Source: Vitrella brassicaformis CCMP3155 (Eukaryota > Protista > Chromerida). From it: a stretch of 64,000 nt of DNA. The notes under the pieces were generated by a model, which made no database searches, was not told the origin of the DNA, and saw nothing but the letters and a program-made list of their open reading frames with translations. Of the stretch, positions 1 through 13,500 are shown one piece after another. Location: the NCBI GenBank assembly GCA_001179505.1, contig CDMY01000435.1, positions 12,465-76,464 on the forward strand, in the 5' to 3' direction. The stretch's first letter is position 1; each line of letters starts with the position of its first letter. Both the position numbers and the translations under genes were made by a program.

Positions 1-330
1 CGTCTTCTCCACTAACATAGATCCCTTCTCCGCCGGGCACGGGCGACCCAACTTCGATGTGCGTCTCGCTAGTATGGAGAAGGAAACCTTATCTGTGTAC
101 TCTCTCTCTGCAACCTTTTCTGTTTCACGGCATACTCAGCACCGACGGCAGCAGCGGTTTCAGAACTTCCGCGCTTCCTGTCATCATTCCTCATCCCGTT
201 CGTAAGAACAACACTGCCGCCGGCAAAAGATCTCTCAGATTCCCCGCTATTTTCTGTCTGTGTCTGTATGTTTGTATTGCAGATCTCTTTCGGCCTCCGT
301 CTCCGTTTCCCCTTCGCCTCTTCCCCTCCG

Positions 331-3300
331 ATGTCAGGCTCATCTTCTGACCCCTTCGACCTGACCATCGAGTCAGAGCACGCGGGCCTCTCAGAGGACG
401 CGTCTCTCCGTTACGCCCGGCTGCTGCAGGAGCAATACGTGATGGAGTCAGGACAGAGCTTGGAGGATGCCTACGCGAGTTATGAAAAGGTGAGGAGATA
501 TAAAGGCGTCACCTCAACGCCGACCCGTTTCTTTCTCGTAGAGGCCCAACAATGAACCGAGCTCTTCGGCCGCCGCCGCCGCTGCTGCTGCGCCTTCCCC
601 TTCCGACAACACCAGGAAGCCATCGATCGCGGTTTCCCGCAGTTGGCCCAGCAGTCTAAAAAGGAGGCCAAGCGTGGCCGGGACAACCGCAATCAGCCAC
701 TCAAGAGGGTGAGTGAGGAGCTATTTAAACCCATCTCCCATGCGCACTGACCTCATTCTCACTTGCAGAGCATGAGGCGCAAAACACAACCTGGGTCGTC
801 TGCCGCTGCTGCGGCTGCCGCACCACCATCGCCAGAGGACACGGAGAGTGAAGGGGAGGGGTCTGAGGACGGATGGAAGGACGAACCGGTACTTCTTGCT
901 TAGGAAGGATGATTCTCACGTGAACACACTTCCCTGTTTCCTCTTGCTACCTTGTGTTTTGCGATGTTTGTCAGGTTATTGGTGACGACAAGCTTCTGAT
1001 GACACCTGAGGTTTTCGCCGCCACCTTCGAGGGGATCACGGATGACGATACCACCGTCCAGCCCGAGGAGGAAGAGGAGGAGCTCGGCGAGCTGTATGAG
1101 AACTGCGTCGTGGACCCAGACGAATACATCCATGAGGAAGACGCGCCGTCCCCTCCCCCACACCCATCGTCTGCGTCCCCCACAACCGCACCAGCGCCCG
1201 TCTTCACTTCTCCCAACAACAAGATCCCGCTCCCTCACCCCGCCCTGCGCACATTCAGGCCCCGCACCAAGGGCAGGGGCAACGCGTGGATCACGTCAAC
1301 GGGCCTGCGGGAGGTGAGGCGGAGTGCCAGTGACGCGGGCAAGGAGGAGAAAGAGCGACTAGAGTCTGGAAGGTCGACGGGAGGTCCGTCGTCGGTGTCG
1401 AAAGCGTTGGGTGCTCAGCCGGGCCAGCTCCTGTTCATCGTCATTGAGGTGGGCATTCCAGACGCACACAGGGTCCATCCTCTCTCCTGCACGCCCTCTC
1501 CCCTTTCTGTGTTGCCTACCTGTGCAGATTTTCCACTATTTGTGGAAGCACTCGATGATCAAGGGCAGATGTGTGCCCCACATATGGGGACGGAGTCTCA
1601 TGAAGGGCGACAAGAACTGGCCCGAGCCGGCACCGTGGCGGTTTCAGGACTTCCTCTACCAGATGATGGGCCCACACACAGCCGACCACAAGCGACTTGT
1701 GAGAAAAGACAACATCAAGAAATCGTATACTGCTTTCGAGATGTCTGTCCGTGGCCGTGGGTCCATTCAGGTCATCGTTGTTCCCGAGAGCATGACAAAG
1801 TGGCACTCTGCGAACCCCTACCAACGAAAACGGCAATTCGCCGAACTCTTCGACTCGTTCTCCAATGTAACCTAACGACTCGACTCGCCACTCCCAGCGA
1901 ATGGATGCTCTCGACTGGCTTGTCTTGTGTGCAGGAGATGAGAGATCGGCCGGACGTGTCCGTCATCAGACAGACTACCAACAACGGAGGCGTCGTCAAG
2001 ACGTGTCACGAACTGAGGAAGCTCGGCTATGCTGCCGAGGCCGCCGATTGTGACCAAGGTGCCGGTCTGCTCGGAGACGTCAACACACACCCGCTGACGG
2101 TGAGCCTGAGCATACTTTCACCAAATTCATCGCCCTGGCCCAAATGGTCGTTCTCTCTTTCCTCTGCAGCAATGGACGCAGTTTGGACGCAACCCTGGAG
2201 AGGGCAACCACGAGCGCAACAAGTGGAAGCGGTATTACTCGCGAGTCAAGAAAACATGGTCGTTCAAAAGTCCGAAAGGTAGGTATACAGACAGGGAATA
2301 ATGCAGCACATGCAGGTGCATCCAACCATCGGCTGAGGTTCTTTGTTCTCGCAGAGGCCCTCCAATTCTACGACGTGTTCTGCTCATTCTCGAACCGCTA
2401 TCGCCTCCCCGGCCTGCCAATGAGCGTCAAGACCTTCCTCGGCATGGTGTGGGACCAGTACAGCAAGGACGACCCACAACACGATCTTCCATCGATCGAC
2501 AAGGTACGTAGCTGAGGCACAACACGAAATGTCTGAGGGATCTATCCCCTGTTGTGTCTGTGTGGTGTGTGCAGGTCATGAGTTGGTTGATTGTGCCTCC
2601 CGGCGTCGACAGGGCCGAGTTGACCCAGGATCTCAAGAGACTCTGGCTTTACATCCGATGTCAGGGCGTGTACCCCGTCTGCGTCCACCCTGACACCGGC
2701 AAGGTAAGAGACGACCCTTCAGACGAATTGCCTTTAGTTGCTTCTGCTCTCCGATTCAGGTTGTGTCTGACACGTCACGCAAGGTTCCCCTCTCCGACTT
2801 CCCTCCTGGCTACTCCGAGGCCGACCTGCTCGAGATCCCTCCCCGCGACAAGTATCGCCATCTTCGCGCTCCCCAGGACCCCCACCGCGCTCCGCGCACT
2901 CGCATCAGCCTGCTGAGGACCGCCATCCGCAAGACAGCGAAACAACGGTACGAGGAGTACCAGAAGCGAGAGATCGGCCACGTCGAGAAGGCCATCGAGG
3001 AGACCAAGAACGAGTCGGTCAACGTCGACAGCATCACCCTTTCCAGGGGGGTTGCCCGTTCCAACTCCCACGGTCAGACGGGAGGATGGTTCTCACGGCA
3101 TTCGACGTGTCAGCGTCATTTCGGCAATCACCTGCACGGCGGAGAGAAGGGGGCGCTGCTGGCGGCCCTGGAGTGCAGGTTGCGGCACCTGCAGGGCCAT
3201 GGGTGTCCAAAGTGCAATGACGGGGGGTCAGGGTGGGAGGAGTTCCAGAAACGGGAGACTCAGAGGCTGAAGGTCGAGCGCATCGACAGTTTCATCCAGG

Positions 3301-3899
3301 TGGTCGAGGCCGCAATACGTGATGGACGGCAAGAGACCCCTCCCCATGGGATTGGAGTTTCCCACGTGCCTCCGTCGACATGGGTACGAACAGAAACACA
3401 TCACGTGCATTCGTGGAAATCCGACCCATCAGTCGTATCATACTGTTTGCGTGCAGCGCATGTCCCACAAGGAGCACGGTCGACCGCGATGTGAGATTCC
3501 GTTCACTGCAGGCACGGTCTCCTACCCCACCAGCATGGAGGCTCTCCTGCGCAAACGGCAGCACGCAGTCGAGGGCGGGTGCGACGAGTGTGCGCCGTCG
3601 GCTCGCATGCATGACAACGAGGAGGCAGGGCCCCAGCTCACGAAACGGAATCGAAGGATGATGACGAGCATCGACGCTGCACTAGAGGTGATCGACAACG
3701 GCGACGTGCCAACGTCTCTCAAGAACACAGGGTGCTCACTCGATTCGGCCAAAAGGGGCGTCATCATGAAGCACGAGCGCAACAAAAAACGTGCCAAAAG
3801 TGGTTTTATTGGGGCACCAGCCGTACTAAGCTGCAAGCAATTCGGGACGCTCTTCTGCTCAAGAAATACCATCTGCCGGGCACGACGTGTTGTCGATGA
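331..3899 (+). CDS. Multi-exon hypothetical protein, longest copy (A) of a repeated His/Cys-motif gene family; frameshift near the 3' end, so possibly a pseudogene
   Basis: Exons can be chained through GT-AG introns from ATG 331 (MSGSSSDPFDL) via IFHYLWKHSMIKGRCVPHIWG, QWTQFGRNPGEG, EALQFYDVFCSFSNRY and VMSWLIVPPG to VVSDTSRKVPL...STW|RMSHKEHGRPRCEIPF; one early junction (~540-770) is unresolved. A 1-nt deletion in AACAAAAAACG (~3781-3791) relative to the paralogues shifts the last segment (CQKWFYWG...KLQAIRDALLLKKYHLPGTTCCR*). No known domain recognised. Confidence 0.6.
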
Positions 3900-4080
3900 G
3901 ATTAGTCGCTCAATTACTATCTGTGTATGGTGCATTTCATATGGTGAGGGAATTGAAGGATGTGTCAGTGTGATGGTGGGTCGTTTGGGTACGCAATGAG
4001 GGAAATTTCCTGCGTTCTACCCCTTTTTCGATTCTCTTGGTAGACAAATATATAGATCGACATATGTAGTAGGTCTGACT
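3780..4080 (+). repeat. Conserved 3' end and flank of the repeated family, ending in ATAT(G/A)TAGAT(C/G)GACATAT(G/A)TAGTAGG
   Basis: Alignable by eye with 46960-47253 and 62460-62725; the terminal motif also occurs at 16755-16790. Confidence 0.85.
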
Positions 4081-4309
4081 GACGTGTCGAGTAGCTGACG
4101 TGACTGGACGTGACGAGGTGTGGGACGACATACTTTTGCTTGCTTGGTGCGAACGGGGTTCTATGTATGCGGAGAAGCCAAGAGGAGAGGACCAGGAAGA
4201 CAAGAGAGGCCACGCAAATTCCTTTTCCTTATCACTCGAGCGAATTTTTGTTGTCTGTATTTTGTTTCGCGCGTGTACGCCCCGCTTTGTGGCGGTGCTT
4301 CCCCGGGGA

Positions 4310-4440
4310 TGCAGGATGAATCGAATTGTCACGGTATCACGATGCTATTCATCTCGCCGTGCCGTCTGTGCGGGGAGGGCGACGAGCGGGGGGGGACAGC
4401 ATTGGTGCAGCCGATTCTGCATCTGCTCCGAACGCCTCTG
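4310..4440 (+). repeat. ~130-bp dispersed repeat, copy 1
   Basis: GATGAATCGAAT...TTCATCTCGCCG...TCTG(T)GCGGGGAGGG...GGTGCAGC..AT(T/A)CTGCATC recurs at ~7230-7350. Confidence 0.7.
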
Positions 4441-5099
4441 TGCCTTCGCATGCCGGGGGCGACAGTCCCGCCATACTTGAGGACGTTTGTATAGCGCGCT
4501 TGTGTTTCAGGTGGCGAAAACTCCAAACAGCCTACCGTCAGCGATTCTAAGCCGTTAGTTACCTGTCCTAAGCAGGTGTTCAATCCCCAATGAGACATAA
4601 CGGATCAGCACGTGGTTAACAGCAGCGCATTAGCACAAGAATTTCATCAAGTGCACAGTGTTTCCATTCTTATCAAATGTTGTGGGTAAAAGCTCCTCCC
4701 TTGCACCCACTTGAGTGTGGGTTTATCGATGTCGTCCCAGGTACCCAATAGCGTCGGGACGAAATGGGAGGTCCATGGGTGATACATCCGAAATGAGTCA
4801 CGGATGGAGTAGGGAAGCAGTGGACTTCAAATGGCGCGTTTGATTGGTGATTAACCCACTCTGAGTTCGGAAGGAGGGTCAAGGTCCAGTTTTGACTGGA
4901 AAAAAGTCCACTTGAAGGTTGCGAATCCTCTCCATCAGCAGAGCGACCAGAATGCGCATGGCACTGAAGTCCGCTTGAGGGAAAAAAAGCGTTTCAAGTG
5001 GTAACGGTGCCCACAGAAACTCTCGTGTGACGATTTCTTTCTCAAATGTCGAAACACGACACGTGGGCCAGTAGCATGGTGGCGACTCAAACACACGGC

Positions 5100-5723
5100 A
5101 GGCGTCCAGTGTTCTCTTCGAGCGACGCACTCTCGGAAGAGTTCGCCAGCAGCAACGACAACAGCGATCATTGCTGCGAGAAGGTTGGATTCAGTCCATG
5201 GCCAAGTTTTTTCAGCTTCGCCGCCTGCTGTTGCGTTGCTGAAGCTTCTTTATATGAGGCGTCACAGCAGTTCACATGCGTACGCAAGCACTGAGGTTTC
5301 CCGCTTCACGTGTCTCCATCCTCGTGTACATCTCTTCCTCAGTTCGAGGCTACAAGTCCTTCATCAAAGGACTGTGATCGTGCTTTGAGGAAAGAGGTAA
5401 GTACGCAAAGCACGCGATGATGCCGCAGGATAGAACCGCGTCGGTGCGTTGGTGTTGTGTGTATATGTGTGTGTGTCGTTTTTTTTTTATCCAAGCTCCC
5501 GCCCGATTATCATGGATGTGTGGTGCCTCCGGGCTGCTACTTGAAGGAGAACACGGCAGAGAAGATGATGGAGGGAATCAATAGAGATTCGGAAGCAGCC
5601 GTGTGGAAGAAGGACAAGAAGAACCACCTGAAAGAAAGGGTATGCAACAAAGTCAGACAACTATATGCACTATTTTTGGCACATATTCGCGTGAATTGGT
5701 GTCTTTGCAGGCGAAGGAGGTGA
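5100..5723 (+). pseudogene. Exon-like fragments of an unidentified gene
   Basis: Short ORFs bounded by plausible splice sites (e.g. KLPPDYHGCVVPPGCYLKENTAEKMMEGINRDSEAAVWKKDKKNHLKER); no recognisable domain or start. Confidence 0.2.
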
Positions 5724-7229
5724 GGCACAAGACATGCGATGGGCATCGCTTACTCTTATTGGTTGGTAGTTCGTGACAGCCGCCTTAACTGGTTTGGAGT
5801 GTACCGCAGTCGATACAGGTCCGCAGTCGATATGCAAGGGTCGCTATCTGCGTACTGAGTCCGTCGTTGCGGTTCGATTCAGGCATTTCCCGAAAAGCTC
5901 ACGCCCACAGCCACAAGCGACGCATCCTTTCCCCCCATCATTCCTGTTGACACCCTCTCTGCTATTCTCTTTGCGATTCAGGCATGGGTGTCACCCGAGG
6001 TGCTGTTGTCTCACTTGATCGGAATGTCACGGTACGAAAAAACAAGATGCGGAGGCAAGCCTTCACGCACAAGGATTGCCTTCCTTTCCCAAGAAACTGA
6101 GTATTGACTTACGTGACCCACCAGTGTCTCTGTGTGCCGTCCCCCTTGGGAGTGTCGAATCGGTCAAAAGTATCGACCAGCTCGACCATAAAGTAGGCAA
6201 ACCCGCCCCTTGAAGTGTCTTTCTCCCTTCCTTTACTACATTTTCATTCAGACGCGCCTGGTGTTGGGGAAGTCCCATTTGAACTCCAACGACATGAAAG
6301 ATCTCATCGTAGTTGAGGTGCGTGACGTGTGCCAGGCAGAAACAGAAAGCGCGTCTCTAGTCCCCTCGTTACCACACATAGTTTCGCGAACCTGATACGA
6401 GACTGAGGCGATGTATCGGTCTCATTTGTCCTCCCTTGCACCACTGGGCCCCGTCAGCGGTATCTGTGCAGAAGCTTCCCGTCTCACCATCGGACAAGGG
6501 GAGGAACACTCGAAGGTAATGAGGGACGAAATGACACATAAGACTCTGTTCTTTCGTTGGTGGATGCTCATCACCTTCGCAAGCGAGGATTCTCCATCCC
6601 CAAGCAAGCCGGAGACCATTTCTCTATCAGCAACTGAATTCAAGAGATCGCTCGCAATTCTCAGGTACTCGCGGAAGCGTACGTTCTCAACTGAAACCTC
6701 ACATGCTCTTCCTCTTGGTCGAGTGACCCTTCTCAGTATATATGGACAGAAGACATTCCCTGCCGCCTCCAATGTCCGAAAAGAGTGAAGAGGGATGAAA
6801 GTGGCGGATATTTACGTTGCCGCACTCTCGTTAAGCTATGGACACTCTCGGAGAGTTTGTCGATACACGATGCATGCAGCCAGGTACTGGCGATGGATTT
6901 TGTTGCTGTGCCGGACATTCATTTCGCCCGTCTCACCATCGGACAAGGGGGTAGACAGAAACCTGAACACCGCGCGCACATCCCACGAACATGAAACTGA
7001 CACACACACCACACACATATCCCCCCCCTGACACACACACACAATAGCACAACCAGCCAGCCGCCGCCCAGCGGGATAGAAGTTGGGCCGGGCGCTTTCC
7101 CCCGCGCTCCTTAAATACGGGAGGGAATGTAAAGGAGGTGTTGATAGCTGACTTTTTCTAGTTGTGTTTGAGACCGCCCGAACGAAAACATCGCGAGACA
7201 TGAAGGATTCGATAAGGGAGAGAACACAG

Positions 7230-7350
7230 CTGGATTGATGAATCGAATCATCACGATTGATCGCGAATCACGATATTGTTCATCTCGCCGCATCCGTCTG
7301 CGGGGAGGGGGACAACATGGGTGCAGCGAATACTGCATCAGCTCCTTCCA
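7230..7350 (+). repeat. ~130-bp dispersed repeat, copy 2
   Basis: Similar to 4310-4440; lies upstream of the BT1 gene. Confidence 0.7.
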
Positions 7351-7595
7351 CGCTGAACCGACAACCTTCTCCTTCGAACGCGTTAGCAAGTGGTATAGTG
7401 TTCCCGACTTGTTTTGGGTTAGAGAGCCGCACGGAATAACACGCCTTGGCTAGCTCGCGTTTGAGAAGGCGAGGAGAGGGGAAAAAAAGCGCAACCAGAC
7501 AGAAGCTCAGTTGCTATTGGGTGACGACCGGTCTCTCACTCTCCCCCCTCTTCGATTCCTCTATCACCCCTCTTCCTCTGGTTTCGTCAGACACC

Positions 7596-10154
7596 ATGAC
7601 GTCGACCTCCGCTCTCCCTTCTCACTCCTCGCCTCCCCCCGACCCCACTGCCTCTCCTTCTCTGCGTATCGGTGTGGATCCCCATCTCTCGCCGCCAACG
7701 GAGGCTCACAGTATCAGCTATCTCCAAGCGTCGCCTGGTGCCGTGCCTGTCGTCGGTATGGCGGTGTTGACGGCGAGTCACGGGCACCGGCGCACGATGA
7801 CGCACACGGTGGACTTGGAGGAGGACGGAGTCGTGCTGGCTCACGTGGAGGTTGAAGGGGAGAGCGGTGGGCAGCAGATCGGGGGAGGCACTGATGATGG
7901 ACTGGAAAAGGTAAGGGGCAGGCACCACGGCATTCGGCTTGTGGTTGCAAATTTTGGTCAGTGCTCAAGATGATGCATTGTGTATGTGCTCAGGGGGAAG
8001 GGGTGCCTTGTGCTAAGGCAACGAGGACTGGTCGTCGTGACCCGTTGAATCGCATCGTGTCCATGCTCTTCGGCTCGCAGACGCAGTATGGCAGCGTCTT
8101 CCTCATGCTCAACATCTGGACATACGTCTCGCAAGGTGCGTAAACGAGGCAGAATGAGTGCGATGATGTGGCTGAAGATGTACTGTGTTGCTGGTCGTCC
8201 CTTTCAAGGCTTTCGCGGCCCTTCTGAGCAGGCGATGGTTTGGACAGCGATGCGTCAGGGTGCCAACCCTGCTGCCGTGCAGGCGGCCATTGGCACCATG
8301 ATGCTCCCCTGGGTGCTGAAACCTTGCTACGGTAAGTTTCAGTGCGCGACGCAACGACGGGACGACTCGATGGGCTTGTCGTGGTGCGGTGCAGGTCTGC
8401 TGGCGGACACATTCCCGATCTGCCGTCGCCACATAAAACCGTACTACCTTATGAGTGCCGCCCTTGCCATGACGTGTCTTGCGTGTGTGGCGTCCGAGAG
8501 CATCACACCCGACTGGACAAACATGGTCAGCGCCCTCCTCGCCATGGAAGTCGGTAAGTTAGTTCTCGACAGCCCAAGATGAAGCGTGCCTACAACCAGC
8601 CCGTGTGTGAGTTTTCCGTGTGCAGGCGGTGCGTTTATGGATGTGTTGGCTGATGCACTGGTGGTTCGCGAGGCCAAGTACAACGACAGTGGCAGTGGAG
8701 ATGTGCAGTCGATGTCTTGGTTCTGCCTGGCTCTTGGTGCGATCCTCTCGATGTTCGTCTCAGGTACCCAACCACTCGCACCACCGATTTGGATAACACA
8801 GTAAATGCACCTGTCGCCTGTCTGGTTCGTGGTGGTCCACGCAGGCGTCCTGTTTGATGCCGAGATGCATCGGGTTTTCGTGGCGATCGTGGCAGGGGCC
8901 CAGTCCCTCGCCTTCGTGCTGATGATCGCCTACCGGGAGAGACCCACGCCCACTCCATTTACCTGGAACGTGCTCAAGACGCTCTCCAGCAACCTCTGGG
9001 CAGTGCTCAAGACCGTCAGCAAGCCAATTTGCTGGCGACCGATGATATGGTTCTTCTTTGCACAAGTCGCCTCGTTCTCACTCAGCACACCTCTGCAGTG
9101 GATGAGGAAAGAAATCGGGTAAGTCCGCAGACGTAGATCGACGGACGGACGGACAAACGGATGGAGAGATGGGTGCATGAGGAGCGCCGAAGAAGCTGTT
9201 TACTTTTACGCATCTTCCGTCTTGTGTGTGCGAAGGTTTTCCGAGGGTCAGATCCAGTACGCCAGTGCGGTGAACTTTTTGTTCCTCATGTTGGGCACGG
9301 TTGTGTACGGGCGGTTCCTGCAAAAGGTGACGTTCCGCAAGATCTGGTTCGGCACCACCCTCATTCTCACCACTCTCATCCTCCCCGACTACATACAGGT
9401 CAGGACCATGCAAAATCATGCTCCTCCTGACGTCCTCTGCATGCGTTCATCCGTATACGTAGGCGAGTCGTCTGAATGTGTCGTGGGGCATCCCGGACTG
9501 GCTCTTCCTCTATGGGGCCGACAGTTTTGCCACCTTTTTCGATCGTATCTACACTATGCCCTTCCTCGTCATGGCCGCGCAGCTGTGCCCGCCAGGACTG
9601 GAGGCCCTGCTCTTTGCAGGTACAAGACACAAGATGGATAGGCATCGAATGACCCCGCGTCCCGTCTTGTGTCAGGTTTGATGTCGTGGAGCAACCTGGC
9701 GACCAGCTGCCAGCGTCACCTCGGCGCGGCCGTGCAGTCGTTGTACGGTGTGACGGAGGACAATTATCTCGAGATGCTCCCGAGCCTGATCCTGATCAAG
9801 GCGGGTTGCACTCTGGTGCCCCTCCTCTTTCTATTTCTGGTGCCCAACACCTGCTCCATCCTCACGGACGCCCAGAAGGAGCTCTACGGCGTCAACTTTG
9901 ACAACCAGAGCACGAACAAGGCCGACAGGCAGCAGACGGAAGAGGCTACCACTGTTATCGAGGAAGATGAGGCAGTTCCGGACGCCGTCAAGGTTCCCCA
10001 TGGCATCTCTCTTGAGCGCTCCCAATCCACCATCACTGGCGTCAGCAGTGTGGCTCAGGCCGACAACGCCAGCAGCGGCGCGCAGGTGGACAGAGATACG
10101 AGCGGCACGACCGAGGAAGACCCGCAAGAGGGCCTAACAAACCAAGACGAGTGA
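7596..10154 (+). CDS. BT1-family folate/biopterin transporter (MFS), multi-exon
   Basis: Motifs LPWVLKPCYGLLADTFPICRRHIKPY, DVLADALVVREAK, QSMSW, PFLVMAAQLCPPGLEALLFAGLMSWSNL, YGVTEDNY; multiple hydrophobic helices; stop at 10152-10154. Confidence 0.9.
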
Positions 10155-10526
10155 GGTTTTCAGTGGTAAGTCGTCAGTCGTTCATGTACGGGAAAGAAAG
10201 AATTTCTTGTAGGAATCAGTGTAATCAGTGTAGTGATAGATCTGCGTCTGGGCTCTATGTATAGAGTGTGTGAACGTTTTTCGAATTGCGTGTACACATA
10301 GGGAGAGGGAGACATAAGTTTCCTGGGGTGCGACGCCAGACAACCAGACGTTCCGTCAGTGTGGGCAAGCCCTCTCTGTCTGCCTGTGCTTCTATCTATT
10401 TTCTCCACATGACAAGCCTGAAGACAGTGTTCATGCTGTTTCCGAAGCAAGATCTCTGTAGTGCGAGTGTGCGTTCGCTCACGACTTTTCGTCCTCATGT
10501 TTCATGCATGAGATGCGAGTGAATGA

Positions 10527-13500
10527 ATGGATGCGATGCACCCTCCCCATGATCGGACTCATGTCAACAGAAGACTGTCAGATCTTTTCTATGTAGCCGA
10601 TCCAGCTCCGCACGTAGCTCCTGCAGCCTCTCCTCGCAAGCCTCCACACATCCAACGTACGCGAGCTGACAGAGTAGAACACATGGTAGATGAATACATG
10701 TCTCCGCATTTCCAGTAATACGTAAACCCTCAGCGCGAACCCACATGTGAGGCGAGAAATGAAAAACGGTGCAAAAAGGGCAAGAGCGTAGCAGTCGCAG
10801 GGCCACCCACGTACGAAAGCGTTTGACTCCGACCTGAACCCAAACCGCGAGGCCAGTTGGAGTATCAGCAGGAGCTCGGGGTAACGATTAGGAATGTGAC
10901 GAACATGTGACGAACCCGAAAGAAGCATTCAGTGACGACGGAGGTCTCATGGACACTCAAGCTTGGGTCCACAACCATCGCAAACTCATGACTCGTAGAT
11001 CTCGCCCGTGTAACTCGGTCTGGGCACAGGAAGGGAACCTCAGTCTGGAACCTAGATGCGGCACACGCCACTTTTCGGCCTGGTTGCGTCGGATCTGTCT
11101 CCGAACGACCACCCAGACGATCTCAAGACGGCGATGGAAGCCGAGGAGGAAAATGCGGCTGCCAGTGGCACGGCAGGTGCAGATGCTCAGCAAGGAGCGG
11201 AATGTGATGGCTTGCGGGAGCCGTTGGGATGCGAGAAGCGGGTTGGTGTGGCGTACATCTCTGCAGCTTCATCGCATGTCCGCGTTGAGGGGGAGGAAGA
11301 GACCTGCATGGCCAGCCGGGTGCTCACATCATCAAGTGAGGAAGAGATCACGACCGACGAACGAGGCCTGTGGGAGACCATGGATGCGAATGAAAGGTCA
11401 GCAGGGAAAAGGAATGACCTCACGCATATCCTACGTGAGCTGCCTGTTGCTGATGTATGTTCTGCATCTTACTTATGACACTGGCTGGCTTCAGTTGTGT
11501 CTGTTATTCCTCGGGGGCACTGATTCACGTTGTACACTTATCTTCGCGCGACAAGAGCACTGAAGGCCACCACGTGACCGGCACAAGTCAAGGAGCCACT
11601 GCCTCCCCCACAACCAACGAGCGAGACAAGTCGAGTGTGACGTATACATTGGACTTTCACACGCCGGCGTCAGGCGACGAGACTGCAGGAAGGGACAACA
11701 AGGGCAGGAGGGTGGTTTCTATGTCACTTTCGAGTCATGGTTCGGTGTACTTCTTGCTGTCCTGCGACAACATGGGCAGGCTGCTCTGCACCAAACTCGC
11801 CAGAGTGGCAAGGAAACCTGCACGGGAGTGTCGCAAAGTGGACAATATCTATGCTTGCGTTGTCTTTGTGTTTGTCCAGTCCGAGGGTCGCGTGGTACAA
11901 GAGGCGGTGAAGTTCGCAGGAGTGCAGTTCGGATCCGACATGCCGAAAAAGGTACTCCGTCATGATGTTAAGAAACCCCGACATCCACCCACCTGCATGT
12001 CCTTCTCTCAGGTTTGCTGGCATCCGACGGATACGAGCTTGTTCTCTACCGCACATCCATCAGCCATCTACGTGTGGAACATCAGCCAACTCAAACAACA
12101 GAACAACCTCAGTCAGGAAGACCTACCAACGGTACAAAAGGTCGCGACACCTGGAGAGCCCTTCGTACGTACGCGGATGCTGCCATCTCCCCCTCTTGCT
12201 TCCGTGGCATATGTCAGATATCTGATGAACTAAAGAGTCGCTGCAGCACGTCGGTCCCTCTCGAGTCCTATCGCGAACAAATCCTCAGCGAGCCTCACGG
12301 AGAAGGAACGGGCACAGTGGAGGTGGCGCTCGTCTGCTTCGCACCTCACGGACAAGGCATTCTCGGAGCACTGGCGACTGAAGCACGCGGTGCGTACATC
12401 GCTGTCTGGTGGACACAGGTATGCCGGAACTCATCAGGGCGCTAAAGGATTGCCAAATGAGCTTCTTCGTCTCCCTTCTGCACAGAAAGTTGAGGATGGT
12501 CTCGTGATGTGCCAGTGCGTCGAGTGTCGGCCTGCGGGCTTCTCGGGCATCGATGCCGATCCACCACAACAGCAGGGGCGAAGGATCGAGGTATCGGCAC
12601 TCGAGTGCAACGCCATCTCGCCTCTCCGAGCAACCGATGGCCATCCGTCCTCTTTTCCATTCGTCGCCGTCCTGCTCACAGCCACATCTGCCAACCACAG
12701 CGACAATAAGAGCCAGCATCAGCAGAATGGTGTCTCCGATGCGTCAACCAGCAGCAACAGCAGTAGCACTATGGTGCTGACAGAGCTGCAGATCTATGGG
12801 TGGGAGCCGTCTGAGTCGTCCAGCCTCCCGACCCTCTCGGCTGCACCAATGCAAGTCATCGATTTCCGCGTCCCTCTGCTCCCGAAACACCCGTCGGCTT
12901 CTTCTTTTGGCATGTTCGGCTCTCCCATCCTGTTGCTGAGTCCGACCTACCTGACTCTCGCGATACGGCACCAATGCAAGAAAGGCGATGAAGCTTCACA
13001 GCAGCTTCAGCAGCAGCTGTGTGACGTCATGCTCTTCGACCTCAATCATCCGACTGCCAAGGCATCGCATTCCTTCCTCAGGCCTGCACCCGTACAAATG
13101 CCCATCGAGAAACTCAAACACGTGAGTACTGGGAGGGACACAGCTCACAATCCAGAGTCATATCCGCCAGTCGTATCTGCCCGCTTGTGTCCAGATATCA
13201 TTGCCTTTCGTCGCCGATCTTCGTCTCGTGGTGCGTGGAATGGACAGCGGTGCACCGTTCCCCGCATCCAAGCGTTCATCAAGCACTTACTTGCTGGCTT
13301 TGGAGCAGAAGGCACTCGTGTCCTACGTGCAAGCGGCAAAAGGAGCAGAGAGCAGCAAGGCCAGCACAGGCGGCACCGGTGTTGCGGAGACACCACAGGC
13401 TACTCAGACACAGGTAGCAAACATTGAAAATGTGCCATGAACAAATCGAAGCGATGCCACTTCTTCTGGTCGATTCAGGATACCGCAAGAGAGTCGAACG

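Noticed and set aside
3319-3494. Overlapping ORFs conserved in two frames in copies A and C, suggesting a programmed frameshift or dual coding
   Set aside because: A 73-nt GT-AG intron (3384-3456) accounts exactly for the +1 frame change.
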